Source of the DNA: Paraspadella gotoi | Taxonomy: Eukaryota; Animalia; Chaetognatha | Assembly: GCA_051294375.1 (NCBI GenBank) | Contig: JBJCIZ010000408.1 | Coordinates: 28,559-92,558 of the forward strand | DNA length: 64,000 nucleotides | Direction: 5' to 3' | In this document: positions 12,720 through 26,369 of the stretch, in pieces | Position numbering within the stretch: position 1 is the stretch's first letter | Layout of the letters: each line of letters opens with the position of its first letter | The notes under the pieces: generated by a model | Database searches by the model: none | What the model was told of the DNA's origin: nothing | What the model saw: only the letters and a program-made list of their open reading frames with translations | Translations under genes and position numbers: made by a program

Positions 12720-15700
12720 GGGGATCGCCCGGCCGCTGCGTCTCAGTGGAGCGACGAGGAGGTCGTAGGAGGTGGTACGGCGCTGGGGGCGGCGTAGCGG
12801 TGGGCGGGCGGCGGGTGGGAGGTCCACGACGGACTTCGACGTTTCTGGCCCCCCGCCCCTCCTGAGGAGTCATCCTCAGGCGAAGTCCTATAGCCGCTCG
12901 GATTCGGCCGAGGGTTTCGGGCGAAGCCAACGCCGACTGAGGTGGTGGAGAAAGAAGTGGCGTCGTAGTGGGCGTTTCGATGAAAAGCTTTCGACGCCGG
13001 CAGAGCGGCGTAGAGTAGGACAGCGAGGAGGACGAAGGAGTAGCCGTAGAGGCCGCCGCCCTGGGTTCGCGATGAACCAAATCATTCTGAGAAAAAGGAA
13101 AGAACGTAAAAATCAGTTTTTAACGCTAAAGGTAAGTAGTAAACTAAAGATCTAGAAAAAGGTCCAACTCATTACCGGAAGGGACTTTCGGAGTGAGTCA
13201 GGCGGGAAAGAAAACGGCGGCATAGAGACGGCGGCAGTTGTGATGGGGAGAGCGGAAAGGGGCGTGACGCCCCGAACGATACCAGCGTACCAAACGGTGT
13301 CGAGAGAGACGGAAGCAGGCGAGCGAAGGTCGTAAGATTCGTCAAAAGCGTGCAAGGCGATTCCGACTAGCTCCGAATAAGAAGAAGGATAAAATAAAAA
13401 CGTTCGCGCAACAGTCGCTAAAAAAAAATATAATATACGATAGAGAGGACAAATAAAATCGTCGATAGTCTCCTTCGTCGTCGTCGTCACCGCCTAGTCG
13501 TCGTCGCCGCCTTCGTCGTCGTCGTCGTAGCGGTCGTCGTCGTCGTTGCGTCGAGGGTAGAGAGAAAGGTTCGACCAAGATGATATGAAGGTCGTAACCA
13601 GCTCCGCGCTGAAGGAAAAATTAAAAAGAAAAACAAAAAAAATAAAATCGACGGAAAAAAATGGCCATCATGATAAAGGATCATTAGGAAGATAAAGACG
13701 AATTGTACCTATGTTGTGATTACAACGACGGATTTCCGTCGTGGCTGTGGGGCCCGTGGGAGTCGGGTGGGGCCACGTTGAGGGAGATCCTCCGGGACTT
13801 ATCCCCTCCCATAAGAAAGGCATATCGGTGAGGAGCTGGGTTCATCTCCAGGGGCCGTAGGGATGGAGCCGTTAGGTGATAGAGAGGGTGGGGAAAAGAA
13901 AAAGGACATTGGTAGAAGGAGGCTCAGGAGGAGGTGCTGCCGGGAAGGGTGGCAAGAAGGCTCCCACCATTGGTCAGGCCAGGGGTCAACATGCTGACTT
14001 AGGGCGACTCCTCTGGATGAGCATCGTCGACCCAATGGATGGTCGGGTGTCGAGGGGAACGCCATAGAGGGGGAGAGGGACAGAGCTTTCAGGGAAGAGG
14101 CTATCCGAGGAGGAGGCAGTCTTCAGGAGACCGGAGGCCGTGGTGGATAATCTCCGCCACCGCCTCAGCACATTAGTGGCCTTCAGGTAAGAATGGCGGG
14201 CGGATTCGGCAGCAGGTTAAGGAAAGAAAGGCAGGGTCTATGGAGAATAAGGAAACCCAGGTTAGGAGCTTCAGGGCAGAGCTTACTGGTTTGAAAGGGC
14301 ACCCGGAAATGGAAGGGGAGATTGGCATTGGGTTTAAATGGTATAGAAGCGAACATTAATGTTAAGATTAGGTCTCGGGATCCGAGCCAAAGAATGGGTA
14401 GGCTCGGTAGGAGGAGTTATAAAGCATTGATATTTACGTTTGGGGGATCTCTGTGATCCCTTACCCCCAGGCCTTTTCTGGCCTTGAGAAGGGAGTGGAG
14501 GGGGGATTCCGGAAACCTAAAAACGGGATCTGGACCCTGAGAAACACTCCATGTCCAGGAAAAGGTTGAGAACGTGGTTAGGGAATGGATATTGGCCGGG
14601 TTAGAATGGTTAAAAGGGACTAGATCTGAATTCAGGTGAATGAGACCTTAGATCCCTTCAGAGGAAGGGAGGCCTCACTGTTCGTTTAGTAAACCAGAGG
14701 GTGAGAGAATAGGGAATGTCAGACCAGGCCCAAGATGGGTCTAGAAAGAAAGTGAGGGTTGATCGTCTCTGTCACCCCAAGAAAACCGACGGGGGCAAGT
14801 TTTGGGGGAAGTCGTACGCTGGAAAAACCGGCCCGGGACCAGCGAAGGAGGACCGACTCCGGAAGGGAGGAGAGATGGCCTTGGCACTGGATCGCGCGAC
14901 GGCGTCGATTGGTGGAAAACTAGGAAAAGGATAAGAAGATAGAATAAAAAATTAATGATTTGATAATTAATTAATTGATTGATTAACAATATGAAAAAGA
15001 CAGAATTTTGGAAAAACATTACACTGTAAAGTTTTTAGAAACGATAAGGATAACGAATAAAAATCAGAACTTACCCAGCTGGAGGATTTTCCCCATTGAA
15101 GAGCTCGTAGGGATCCATGATCTCAAAAGGTACAAACAGAAGGTCGGCAGGGCGTGGAAGTCCAGCGGGGAAGGGCATGTTGACGTCATGGTGATAGCCC
15201 ATAATCCAAGGGGAGCGGTGGAAAATCCACTGCTCCCATCGGATCTGGCGCTTCGCCGCCCTCCGTAGACAGGCGCGAGGATGGAGGAACGGATGACGAG
15301 TGCCCGCACCAGGAGTGTTGAGTGCGCCGGGGAAGGAGGCTCAAGTAGCTTCTTGAACCCCGATACACCCCTGAGGTTTTCCAGCGGTCCGGAAGGGGAT
15401 CCCTGTCGACACGCCAGCCAGTGTGGAAAGACGGGCAGCCGTGCGACGTCGGCAAGCGAAAGAAAAATAAAACAAAGAAGAAATCAAAACTAAATTAAAT
15501 TAAATCTAAGCAAAATATTTCAAATAAAGAAAGAAATAATCAAATCGGAATAACTCGACAAGGGGAAAACTCACCAGAGTTCCGTGTCGTTGTCGAGCGG
15601 GACACGTAGACGACTCGTGGTGGATCCCCACAATCTAGGGGGCATCTCTTCAATGACGAAGAGTGGATCAACCACACTGGCAATCGGCTCGTTCGCGGGC

Positions 15701-16438
15701 GGCAAGAGGCTACCGCCCATAGTGAGTTCGTCGTGAAAGGCGAAGTCCAGCGCAAGGACTTCCGCATGAAGCTGACGAGTGCCCGGCCAGAAGGGACCGG
15801 GCGCGGCCGGAATAAATAAGGAAAAGACGAAACAGGAACCAACGAGTTGGTTGGATCCTGGATTTCCACAGCGTTGATTAGGCCGTTGGTGAGGAGAGCA
15901 GGCGGCCGGTTTGGCAGAGCAGTCGAGAGGGAGCGTGGCTCCCTCTCATTGAGGACTCTGGATGATGAGGGCCGCCCACTAAACTAGTCCCGTTTGCAAT
16001 GGGTACTGAGAAAGCAGACGCAATAAAAGGAATAACAACATAGAAATAGCGGAAAAATTTAAAAGCTAAAATCCAAGAGCACGAAAAGCACCGACGGGTT
16101 TTAAATATAATAATTAATAATAAACGAGTTCTAAATTTCACAATTAATTGATATTATTGATATCTATATTATCCTTGGAATATTTAATCAACAAATATTA
16201 TGTGTGTTCAGTTTATAGTACAAGTTTTAACTATAAGTTACGTGTACTAGCCACAAAAATTTCAACGTAAAGTTGTCTAATGAAATTTCATGTGAATTAT
16301 CTATTCGGTATGCTTTACATTTCACATTGATATTGTAAAATGTTATAATGTAATTTGCATGTAATTGACAAAATTAACTTACATAGAAAAAGACCCAAGG
16401 AGGCCGAGGAGAAGAGCGTAGGCGTAAGCAGAACCCAT
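12720..16438 (-). CDS. Putative multi-exon type I membrane protein, antisense within the LTR element
   Basis: ATG at 16438; MGSAYAYALLLGLLGSF..PIANG is signal-peptide-like and needs one homopolymer correction. Donors: GTAAGT 16382, GTGAGT ~15573, GTAAGT ~15074, GTACAA 13708, GTAATG 13175. Pyrimidine-rich acceptors at 16006, 14920, 13609 and 13087. Last exon YGYSFVLLAVLLYAAL, then CRRRK after a 1-nt shift. Several frameshifts; 3' end approximate. Confidence 0.5.
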
Positions 16439-16759
16439 TTCGAGAAGAGCGAGAGAAAAGGGAGAAAAAATGGGAAATTTTAGTGAGGTGCGGATAGAGA
16501 GGAGGAAAGCCGTGAATAAAAGAAAGTGACCCTTACCGTTGTTAAATAGTATCACTTCTCCATTGAGATGTCCCTGGCGGCCCGCACGGGAGACCCGTCC
16601 AACAACATGAAGGAGTGAGGACATTGTTCATGAATGAGGTAAAGGGGGTAACAGGGATTACATAACAAAAACCCCCCATTTTTTCCCTTTGTGGGGTCGC
16701 CCTGGGGGTTTTTTTTTACACTTTTATCCAAAGTGCTGCGAGGCAAAGCTTTTGTTTTT

Positions 16760-16769
16760 GGGGGGGAGG
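16760..16769 (+). promoter_or_regulatory. Polypurine tract of the LTR retrotransposon
   Basis: TTTTT-GGGGGGGAGG immediately 5' of TGTAAC. Confidence 0.7.
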
Positions 16770-17261
16770 TGTAACGAATCAAACTAAGAAGAAAGAAAGA
16801 GAGAGAAAGAGGGTGCGCCGTCGCCGTTCACGCTCAATTGGCTCCATCAAGAGCTGCCGGGCCACCCGGCCCCCCCCCGATGCAGGAGGAAGGGAGAGAA
16901 AATGCCTCCTTTACAGCTAAACTCAGGTGACAGGAAAAGAATGGAAAAGAGGAACAAAACGGAAGAGAGGCGATTATATAAGCACCGGCGGAAAGAGAAG
17001 GATGGAACCAAGCCACCAGCTACCAGCAGAAAGTGGAAAGTAAAAATAGGACTTCTGTCCAAAACTCAACACAACATAAGAATAAAATGTTATGCTATTC
17101 CTGATATTTAAACTGATCAATTAACCTTTTGTAAACTTTCTGTTGGTCAAAGAAATAAACACCAAAATAACCTCCACACAAATTTTTCTTCTGAAACAAC
17201 TACCCAAAAATCAAGATCGAATCCTCTAAGCTAGCGAGTTGTTTGTAGCTTACATGCTACA
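16770..17261 (+). mobile_element. Long terminal repeat (3' LTR), 492 bp
   Basis: TGTAAC...GCTACA termini (imperfect inverted repeat), TATATAA at ~16975, AATAAA at 17081 and ~17154; TA-element sequence resumes right after 17261. Confidence 0.72.
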
Positions 17262-19011
17262 ATAAATATAGGGATTTTTTTCAACTTCAATACAATGTCA
17301 ACGCATTTAACATATGTTGTAATTTTACAATCAACTTTGAATTCAGGAATCCGATAGCCATATGTCTGAAAGGCCCTCAAAATTTTTCTTTACATTTTAT
17401 TTAGTTATTTCAATATTGATATGATCATGGTAAAGTGAATTAGTCATTTTGGTGAAATTTTTATTGAAAGTAAAAGTAAAAGAGAGCTAACAATCGAATT
17501 TAAAGAGTTTTCAACGGGAGTCAGATTCGGGAAATATCTTCTATAGGCGAAAATCTTCCAAAGAAGGGTGGATTTTCCAAAGATTTTGTTAATATTTTCT
17601 ATATTTATGGTTGGATTTTTTTTGAAACTTAATATTTAACAATATTGCCATCATTCTACCTTGGCTGGTATAAGAATATATTAAAAAAACCTCGGGCTTT
17701 TGTTTCGTCAGAGCTNNNNNNNNNNNNNNNNNNNNNNNNNAATGCCCATGTTTCGCAGGAGATGCAACAGACATTGGCAAATCTAGTGTTTTTATATCTA
17801 TTTAGCGAGTCTACATTGTTCTCAGAAATTGAGGAAGACTTTTTCAATGGAGATTTTTTGCTAAAATCTGACTACCAACCAATGTAAACGCTCAGCGTAA
17901 AAATTCAGGTAAAAAATAGATGTAAAAACACTCGTTCCGATCTGTGTTGCATCTGAAGCTTGCATTTTTTTCTGACAGGAAATAACCATCATCTTTTGAC
18001 ATCAAACCAATCCTGATTCAAATGGACTGGTCCGCTCGGAAAAATATTTTAACATCCGATTTTTATATATAAACCTTACGGATTTTTCAACTTCAATCCA
18101 ATGTCAACGCATTTAACATATGTTGTAATTTTAGAGCTTAATCCTACTATTGTTAAATTTTAAAAAAATCCGACCATAAAAATAAAAAATATTAACCAAA
18201 ATCTTTGAAAAATCCACCTCTTTAACCAGGCGCAGGTCCAGATTCGACGGAAAAATTCTTCTATGTGCAAAAATCTTTCAAATAAGAGGTTGGCATTTCA
18301 AAAGATTTTGGTTAATATTTTTATATTTATGAATCGCGATTTTAAAATTTAACACATTAGTAGTTAAGCTCTGACGAACAAAGCCCGAGGTTTTTTTAAG
18401 TATGATTCTATATACTAGCCAAGGCTAGAATGATGGCAATATTTCCTTAATATTAAGTTTCTAAAAAAATCCACCATAAATATAAAAATATTAACCAAAA
18501 TCTTTGAAAAATCCACCTCTTATTTGAAAGATTTTTGCCATAGAAGATTTTTCCTGAATCTGACTTCCTGGTTAAAAACGCTTAGAATTCGATTGTTTAG
18601 CTTCTCTTTTACTTTTACTTTAAATAAAAATTTTACCAAAATGGACTAATTCACTTTACCATGGTTGTATCATATTAAAATAACTAAATAAAATGTAGAG
18701 TCAGTTCTGGAAAAATCTTCTATGGCGGAAAATCTTCCAAAGAAAGGTGTGATTTTCCAAAGATTTTGATTAATATTTTTTATTATATGATCGGATTTTT
18801 TTAAAACTAACAATAGCAATATTGCTATCATTCTACATTGACCAGTAAAAGAATATATTAAAAAAACCTCTGACTTTTTTCGTCAGAGCTTAGTCCTAAT
18901 CTATTTTTTACCAGAATTTTTCTCAGGTGCGTTTATATTGTTTGGTAGTCAGATATGAACAAAACTCTCCATTGAAAAAATCTTCTCAATCTCTAAGAAC
19001 GACGTCAGCTC
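17262..19011. mobile_element. Cluster of nested/inverted copies of the TA-target element
   Basis: Repeated blocks match 58898-59616 on both strands. Right terminus CGTCAGAGCTTAGTCC|TA ends at 18896; left-terminus-like sequence at ~17805 (+) and ~19011 (-); palindrome at ~18133-18372. Confidence 0.75.
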
Positions 19012-20140
19012 CTTGTCTAATGCTCATTTTACTGAAATAAGAATAAGTAATAAGAAATAAGAATTGGTAAATTTTGTTAAATAAGAAATAAGAAATGGTA
19101 AATTTTGGCCCAGCTTAATATGCAAATATTTGTCGCATTTAGATTTTTTTTTACAATTCTAATAGAACATTTTAACGATATATAATCCTTTTCATAGTTG
19201 TTTGAATAGTTTGTAATGATTGAAAGAATTATAAAAAGCTCACAGGTCATTTTTTACTTGAATTATTTACAGGATTCCTTCGGTGTTGACTGGACATCCA
19301 TTTCACTTCCTCTCCGCATGAAATCTCCTCTGCTTCCAACATCTCCTCTTCCTTCATTCACCGTCCGATGGCGTCTTACCAACAATGAAACCTGACAACA
19401 TCGAGCGTTACGCCTCAGCAATGGCTGCGCGGCGCGGCTGCGGCTGCGACTGCGGAAAAACACAAACCTATTTCTTCTACAGCAAACCTCTGTATCGTCG
19501 CCCTCGCCAAAAATGCAGCATCCAAACATTGACAACTCAACGTCCATATTATGTGAAGAAAAACTTTTGTTTTAACTTGATTTAAGATTAGCAGCACATC
19601 ATCTAGGTAAAACAAATTTTTTGATTCATACTTTGCTGCGAGATTGAAGAATTAATATTCCATTCGTTTCCTCACAATATATAACAATTACAAAATTAAT
19701 ACAGAATCAAAACTTTTTTTGTATATAATAGATACAATTAATTTATAGCCTTAATTTCAGCTAATTTAAACGCAAATTGGAGATGCGCCCGCAGTCGGCA
19801 AAGATTTTTCTATTGGGCCAAAGAATAGTCTTGCACCTAGGGTAGGGGCTGTCCATCTAGGGGGAACAGTTTTTTCATCATTGAAACATGAAATATACCT
19901 ACAGATCTTGGTGAAAAAATTTGAGCACTGTATCGGATTGTCTGTACTAGTTATTGATTAATTAAAGACTTGGGTCTCATTTGAAAGCCATCTTTAATTT
20001 GAGCCTCATGACAAAGTTTTGAGGTTAAATATCCGTTTAATGAAAATGGATTCTTAACTTTCATAAAACTTTCAAAATAAAAAATCTTTAAAGTATAATG
20101 ATCTCGGATATTACTGTAACTGTACAGAGTGTGGATGATA
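18577..20140 (+). repeat. ~1.6-kb direct duplication (second copy 26769-28340)
   Basis: Near-identical sequence from AAACGCTTAGAATTCGATTG to GATGATA...GGGA; the differences look like indel errors. Confidence 0.9.
19273..19556 (+). pseudogene. Frameshifted copy of the orphan poly-Ala terminal exon
   Basis: Same sequence as 27474-27757 with indels. Confidence 0.4.
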
Positions 20141-23100
20141 GGGAATCGTTTGAGGAAAAATGCAATTAGGTCAATAAAAACAAAATGAAATGAATTGAAT
20201 AAAATGATTTAAATGAAATGAGTTTAGATGACGATGAATTTAAATGAAATTAATTGAAAAAATCAATTTGAAATGAAATTAATGGAATAAATGAAATTAA
20301 TTAAGATGAGATGAATCTAATTTTAAGATTTATTTATTTAAATAAATGAAAGAATTTAGATAAATAATTGTATCGAGTAAATAAATTTAAAAAAATTATG
20401 AACTGAATTCATTAAATTTGAAGCACCTAAAAATCTTCGGCGGCAATCCGCAAGATTGTCGTTTGACACGCGCGGGCTGCACGAGGCTAGTGCTCAAGCA
20501 GCTGCGCGCAACACAGGCATGGCTACCGGGGTTCTCTTGTTAGATGCTTGAATCGATCAGTTGAATGATCTGCGTTGATGCGAAGGGTTTGGACGACGGA
20601 AGCGTCGAAGTATTTCCGTCCCGTGGTATTCCTAGACATGTCATTAATTAATTAGCATCAATTTTTATTCACTCATAATTTTTATTAATTCCAATTTTCT
20701 CTAACATTTACAAGTTTTTGGGCCTACTATTCATTAGTTAGAGCCGTAATTTTTACTTTAGAACGTCGAAAACCGCAGCCCTCTAGCTTTTCTGAAAACC
20801 GGAGATATAGAGGTTACCAATAAATTCTCTTGCAAAAAGATTTGCCTGGCGCCAAACTGATTGTCGGCGAGGGTCATTCTTTTTTGGTTTTACCAATAGA
20901 TCCTCTCCATAATATCTGTGCGTCCCATGCATCCTTTTTAAAATTCCTACAGATCTTTCCATAGAAAAAGCTCACAACAAGATTGAAATGACCAAATCCT
21001 TGTTGAACGCAAAAAAAAAAGAAAAAAGAAATTTTTTTTCGCAAACAGCGATTTGCTAAGCGGACCTGCGGAAATCGCACTAATTATCTAATAACAAGTC
21101 GCGCTATTTTTATCTTTTCATTTGTTTTTTTATCTGAATTTTTTTTCATTCAAAAACTTTTGATTTGATTTCGAAAACTTTTTCACAGTACGAGGATATT
21201 TTTTTTCTTTGAATTTCAAGAGGTTTTATTTTTTGTTCTACTGCACTAACAAGAAAGCCATAATGGAAAGCGATCGGCCTACGCATGGATACTCAGACAA
21301 CAACAAAGGAAAGTGCTTCGAAAAATCAATTGTACCATCTTAATCCTACTTTTCTTCAAGAAAAAGCATTTTAAATCTTGATAAAAAAAAATGATAGAGC
21401 GATTGGCTCGAAAGCAAGCGTATTGGAGCAAAATAATACAAGAACATGCGAATGAGGAAAGTGAGTGAATCAGACCACCAGTCAAGGTATGATAACAAAC
21501 AAACAGATAAATAAATAAGACCATGTAAAAAATCGGCCTTTGTATTGAATTCATCGAAGCCCTCTGCCGTATGACTGATCAGCGAATCAATATCTCTCTC
21601 TCGCTCTATCTCTCTCTTCTGAGATTTCCGGATTGACAAAAACGACGATAATTTGAAGATAAATTAATGTTTACAGTTTTGGTTATAGTTAAGGTTCGGG
21701 CCGGCGCGGCTTTAGATGTAGGGGATAGATATAGTGTCCGAACAGGATGGGATCGACCGAAACGACGACGATAATTTTGACGATGGCGGAAGCTAAGCGA
21801 CAATGAGAGCGACAATTAAAGCAGCAAAAGAGACGAGTTTGTGCGTCTGTTTTGAGTCCGCTGCCTTCAGAGCCGCAGCAAGGGGACTTCGATTGAAAAA
21901 AAATCGGCTCTAGCGATTGTACTTTACCCTTGAATTTTGGTTATTTTTTTCTGTTCATTTTTTTCCATCATTTTTTTTCTCTTACTAGGAGCTTTTTATT
22001 CATTTTTTATTAACAGCAAGCTGAAAAAAGTATGCATATTTTGAAAAAAGTATGCAAGTTTTAAAAAATTATGCAAGTAAAGAATTATGCAAGTTGAAAA
22101 ATATCCAGTTTAAAGAAATTATGCAAGTTGAAAAAATTATATTAAGTTGAAAAAATTATGCAAGTTGAAAAAATTATAATAATGTGAAGAAAAATTATGC
22201 AAGTTGAAAAAATTATGCAAGTTTGAAAAAATTATGCAAGTGAAAAAATTATGCAAGTTTGAAAAAATTATGCAAGTTGAAAAAATTATGCAAGTTGAAA
22301 ATTATGCAAGTTGAAAAAAATTATGCAAGTGTTGAAAAAATTATTGGCAAGTTGAAAAAATTATGCAAGTTTGAAAAAATTATGCAAGTTGAAAAAATTA
22401 TGCAAGTTGAAACAATTAGCAAGTTGAAAAATTATCCAAGGTTGCAAAAAATTAGCACACGTTGAAAAAATTATGCAAGTGAAAAATTATGCCAAGTTGC
22501 AAAAATTATGCAAGTTGAAAAAAATTATGCAAGTTTGAAAAAATCTTATACAAGGGTTGAAAAAATTATATTAAGGCTAAAAAAATATTACAAGTTTAAA
22601 AAATGGATGCAGTTAAAAAAATATGAAGTAAAAAAATGATACAATAAAAAAATGAATGCAAATTAAAAAAATGATGCAATGTTAAAAAAATGATGAAGTT
22701 TGAAAAAAAGATACAGCTAAAAAAATTGATGCAAGTTAAAAAAAATGATGCAAGTTAAAAAAATATGCAAGTTAAAAAAGATACAAGCTAAAAAAATAAT
22801 GCAAAGTAAAAAGATTGACGCAAGGGTTAGAAAAAATGATGCAAGTTAAGAAAAATGAAAAAATAAAAAATAATGAAGTTAAAAATAATACAAATTAAAA
22901 AAGATATATAATAAAAATATTTGCATGCCAAAATTAAAAAATATTTATTTAATTGCCTACAGTAACTGTTTTTTAATTTAAGCCCTGAAAGCGATTTTAC
23001 ATGTGGTTGCGCAGCCACTGGTTAATTATTTGATTCACATCTGCATTTTGCGCAATGAAAATTGATAATGGCGTCTGACGACAATCGATCAAACAGCGTT

Positions 23101-24300
23101 AGCTGAATGATTAATTAATTGATTGAATTGATTGATTAGGCAGGATACGGCTATAAAAAGATTCGAGTTTCACCTCCATCTCCGCACTCTCTCAAAAAAG
23201 GTGTTCCGTCAAACGGAGACACCAAACATTCAATTTCTTTAATTGAATTGAAATTGAAAAGAATGAAACAGAAGCAAATTCTTTTATTTTTCTCAGAGAA
23301 GCTCGCAAATTTTTATTCTCCTCATGAAATTCATGGGATAGGCACAGTCAAAATTAAGTCTACTTACCATAGATCTATCAATATTATCCGAGGTAAATTT
23401 CAATTTGGCCAAAACGGGATTGATATATATATATTGTAGCAGTAGTATTATTTATATATATTATATATATCAGTTTAATCAAATCTTTAGAGATTGGGTA
23501 AGTTTTGATTTTTTCAACTAATTTTATTATCTCGCATGACTGGGGCAACAAGCCCGTCTTCGAGAGGATAAAGGGCAAGGCCAGGCTTCTTCATTTGTGA
23601 CGTCTGTTACGTTCGTCGTACGTCAGTCACGTTTTTGCAATCGTAATTAATTTGAAATTATTTATTTATTAATTCATTATCTTATACCGATAATTATATA
23701 GATTCAAGTTAATTAATAATTAATTAGAGGCAATTAATTAATTAACTTTAATCTCAATGTTTGTTTTTAGTGTCTTTTCATCACGTAATCCATGACAAAA
23801 GCAATGCGACATGAGGAATAATGCCGATAAAAGATGACTTGATGGCATTGACTGATTACAAGTAATTATTAATTTTTTGATTAATTGATTAATGGATTAA
23901 TCTATTTAATTTATTATACATCCTGCATTTACACTTTAATATAAAAGGAAACAAGTTTGAGCCAAACAATGTCTGTTATCGGATCTGCCTACGATAATTA
24001 ATTAATTAATTAATTATCGATTAATTAATCTAAATTAATTAATTTTATTATGTATAATTATTTTTAAATTTATAATCAACTATCATCATCGATGTCCTTA
24101 AAATTTGGGTTAGGACAGTTATTAAATATGTTTGTTTGCATTTTATCAAAACAACACAAATATCCTTTATTTTATTTTATGTCTCCTTGTCTCTCTCACT
24201 CTCACTCTCTCTCTCTCCCTCTCTCTTTGTTATGCAATTGCGACGATCTTTATCTGTTTAAGATTTTTAACTTGCACTTTTTCACCATTAATTAATTAAG
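20140..24300 (+). repeat. ~4-kb composite repeat unit (other copies ~38786-42720 and, partially, ~42722-45650)
   Basis: Colinear blocks: TTAA-element fragment, GC patch, 18-bp satellite, HINE-2 5' end, HINE-1 fragments. Confidence 0.85.
22020..22860 (+). repeat. 18-bp minisatellite TGCAAGTTGAAAAAATTA
   Basis: Dozens of tandem units grading into TGCAAGTTAAAAAAATGA; a few units also lie inside HINE copies (~3236-3290, ~5797-5867). Confidence 0.95.
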
Positions 24301-25374
24301 TATAAACTAATATAATTAATTAAAACATTTATTTAGTACATCTCCGTTAATAATTAATAAGACTTCACAGTATATGTGACTTATGTTTTTTTTTCCCACT
24401 TAAACTCATTCGTCCCACTGGGCACAATTCCGGTCAAAAACTTTATATAATATTATATAATATTAAGTAAAATATTAAACTCAGTGCAACAACCAATGAA
24501 AACTAAATCAAAAGAGTTACATTGAAATCCGATTTAGTTAGTTAAAGGAAAAAAAAATTTTAAAGAGAACTAGGAGTTAGAAAAAGTGTCAATGCCGCCT
24601 TACTAGGATATTAGGGGGAACAGGTTGATAACTTGAAGTTCTCTCAAATGTATATGGTTAATGGTTAAGCAGGACTATTAATGGACGCTATGAAAAATGA
24701 AAATTAATTCTTTAAAATTTTGCTTATTCAATTTTTTTTATAGACTTTTCTATAGAGACTTTAAAAGTTAGATAAGGTATTAATACAACTTTTTTTGTTG
24801 TTTTATTTATGAAAAATTTAAAATAAATATCCGCAATAATTTGATGTGATGATAATTTTTAAGGTTTCTATTTTTAACCAATTTATATGTCAATTTTTGA
24901 AAAAATTATATAGTACTAAAACTTCATTTTTAACTTCTTAAAGCTCTACAAGAAACCCTGTAAATATTTTCCGTGTTTCAAGTTTCCCAAAAATCGTTGC
25001 TCTTTTTGCTCCTAAACGTATTCACTATATATCTAAGTTGAAGAAAACTTACCTTTTGCTGAGGAGAAGTAAGAATTATATTAGTAGTTCTCAAGCTTTA
25101 CCGACGCGCGTTGAAGCAGGGTTGTTTTAATGTTTAAATGGTTACTTGATTTAATTTTATATTAACGGTCTTTTATAATTCGTTTACTATTATATTCTTA
25201 TAGGTCCATGCGCTTCCAATGCCGTTCCATGCCGTTCCTATGTCGCTTCAATGCCGTTCTCAATGCCTTCTCAATGGCCGTTCCAATGCGCCGTTTGATC
25301 TCAATTGCTCTACATTTGGTTGATTAACAATGTAAATTACTTCGGAACATTATTTCGGACTCTCTTCTCTTCCT

Positions 25375-25405
<31 letters not shown>

Positions 25406-26345
25406 TTTGCCAATGCAACGATCCTTATGCCTCATTTTTCTGCTCTCTCTCTCTTCTTTGCAATTGCGACGATTCCTATCCTCATTTTCTGCTCTCTTCT
25501 CTCTCTCTCCTCTCTCTCTCTCGTCTCTCATCTCCTCTCTCTCTCTTCATAAATAATAGAAAGATTCAAGGTAAATGTATAACTTATGTTTTTCCATTTA
25601 AACTCATTTCCACTGGCACAATTCCGTCAAAACTTTATTATCTAGCTTCTTCAACACACTTTCGCTACCGCTCACAAAATTTCATCTCAATCATTATGGG
25701 TTAAAATAAGTAAAAGAATGTCGAGTAAATGTTGACTCCATATTCTTTTCATTTAAACTTTCATTTCACTCGTACTTTCCACCGAAACTTTATATCAAGG
25801 CATCGTTACACATTTTCTACCCACACAGAAAAATTTTGCAACCTCAATCCCTAATCCATCACAATTTATGATTAATTAGAGTACTTAGTGGTTAAAATAA
25901 TTAAAATATTTTAGTAAATGCGACTGTCTTTTTTTCCTCTTTAAACTCACACGATTCCGTCGAAAACTTTATATGCCAGCTTATGTCACACACCTTTCCT
26001 ACCCTACCACACAAATTTTTCCAATCCCAACCAGCCAATTCACGAGTTATTGGAGCTTTTGCTAAGGGGACGAATAGGACGGATTCGATTAGACTGATTA
26101 ATTCAATTATTGATTAATTTAATTAACTAATTGATTAATTAAAAAACTGGAGTAATTATGAATTATTTAATACATCCTGGCATATACATTTTAATATAAA
26201 GAAAAAAGAATCATAATCAATAGGTGTGAAACAGGTTTTTTTTTTCATTTAAGAACTCATTCCCACTCAAAAATATCCATCTCGAAGACGGTTTCCTGTT
26301 CAATCACACCACTTTTCTACTCACATACAAAATTCCAGGTCAATC
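23950..26345 (-). mobile_element. Degenerate reverse-strand HINE-1 copy (interrupted ~24610-25560)
   Basis: 3' end AACAAGTTTGAG...CGGATCTGCCTACG at ~23950-23992; 24000-24610 and 25560-26345 are reverse complements of parts of 4763-7404. Confidence 0.65.
25204..25296. repeat. ~11-bp minisatellite CCAATGCCGTT
   Basis: About 7-8 degenerate tandem units. Confidence 0.7.
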
Positions 26346-26369
26346 GATAATTAAGTGGAATAAGCTAAA

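Larger units (their letters stand above)
10531..17261 (+). mobile_element. 5'-truncated LTR retrotransposon (Gypsy-like): 3' internal region plus 3' LTR
   Basis: A GC-richer block ends in polypurine tract GGGGGGGAGG directly followed by TGTAACG...TGCTACA. No 5' LTR and no clear RT motif in the window; the left boundary is approximate. Confidence 0.6.

Noticed and set aside
12412-13155. 222-aa (-) and 127-aa (+) ORFs as stand-alone genes
   Set aside because: The minus ORF starts just after a splice acceptor and runs into AT-rich non-coding DNA; the plus ORF is its Arg-rich antisense shadow
10531-17000. Possibility that the block is a reversed or complemented assembly artefact
   Set aside because: Canonical GT-AG sites on the true minus strand and a normal PPT/LTR on plus show natural orientation
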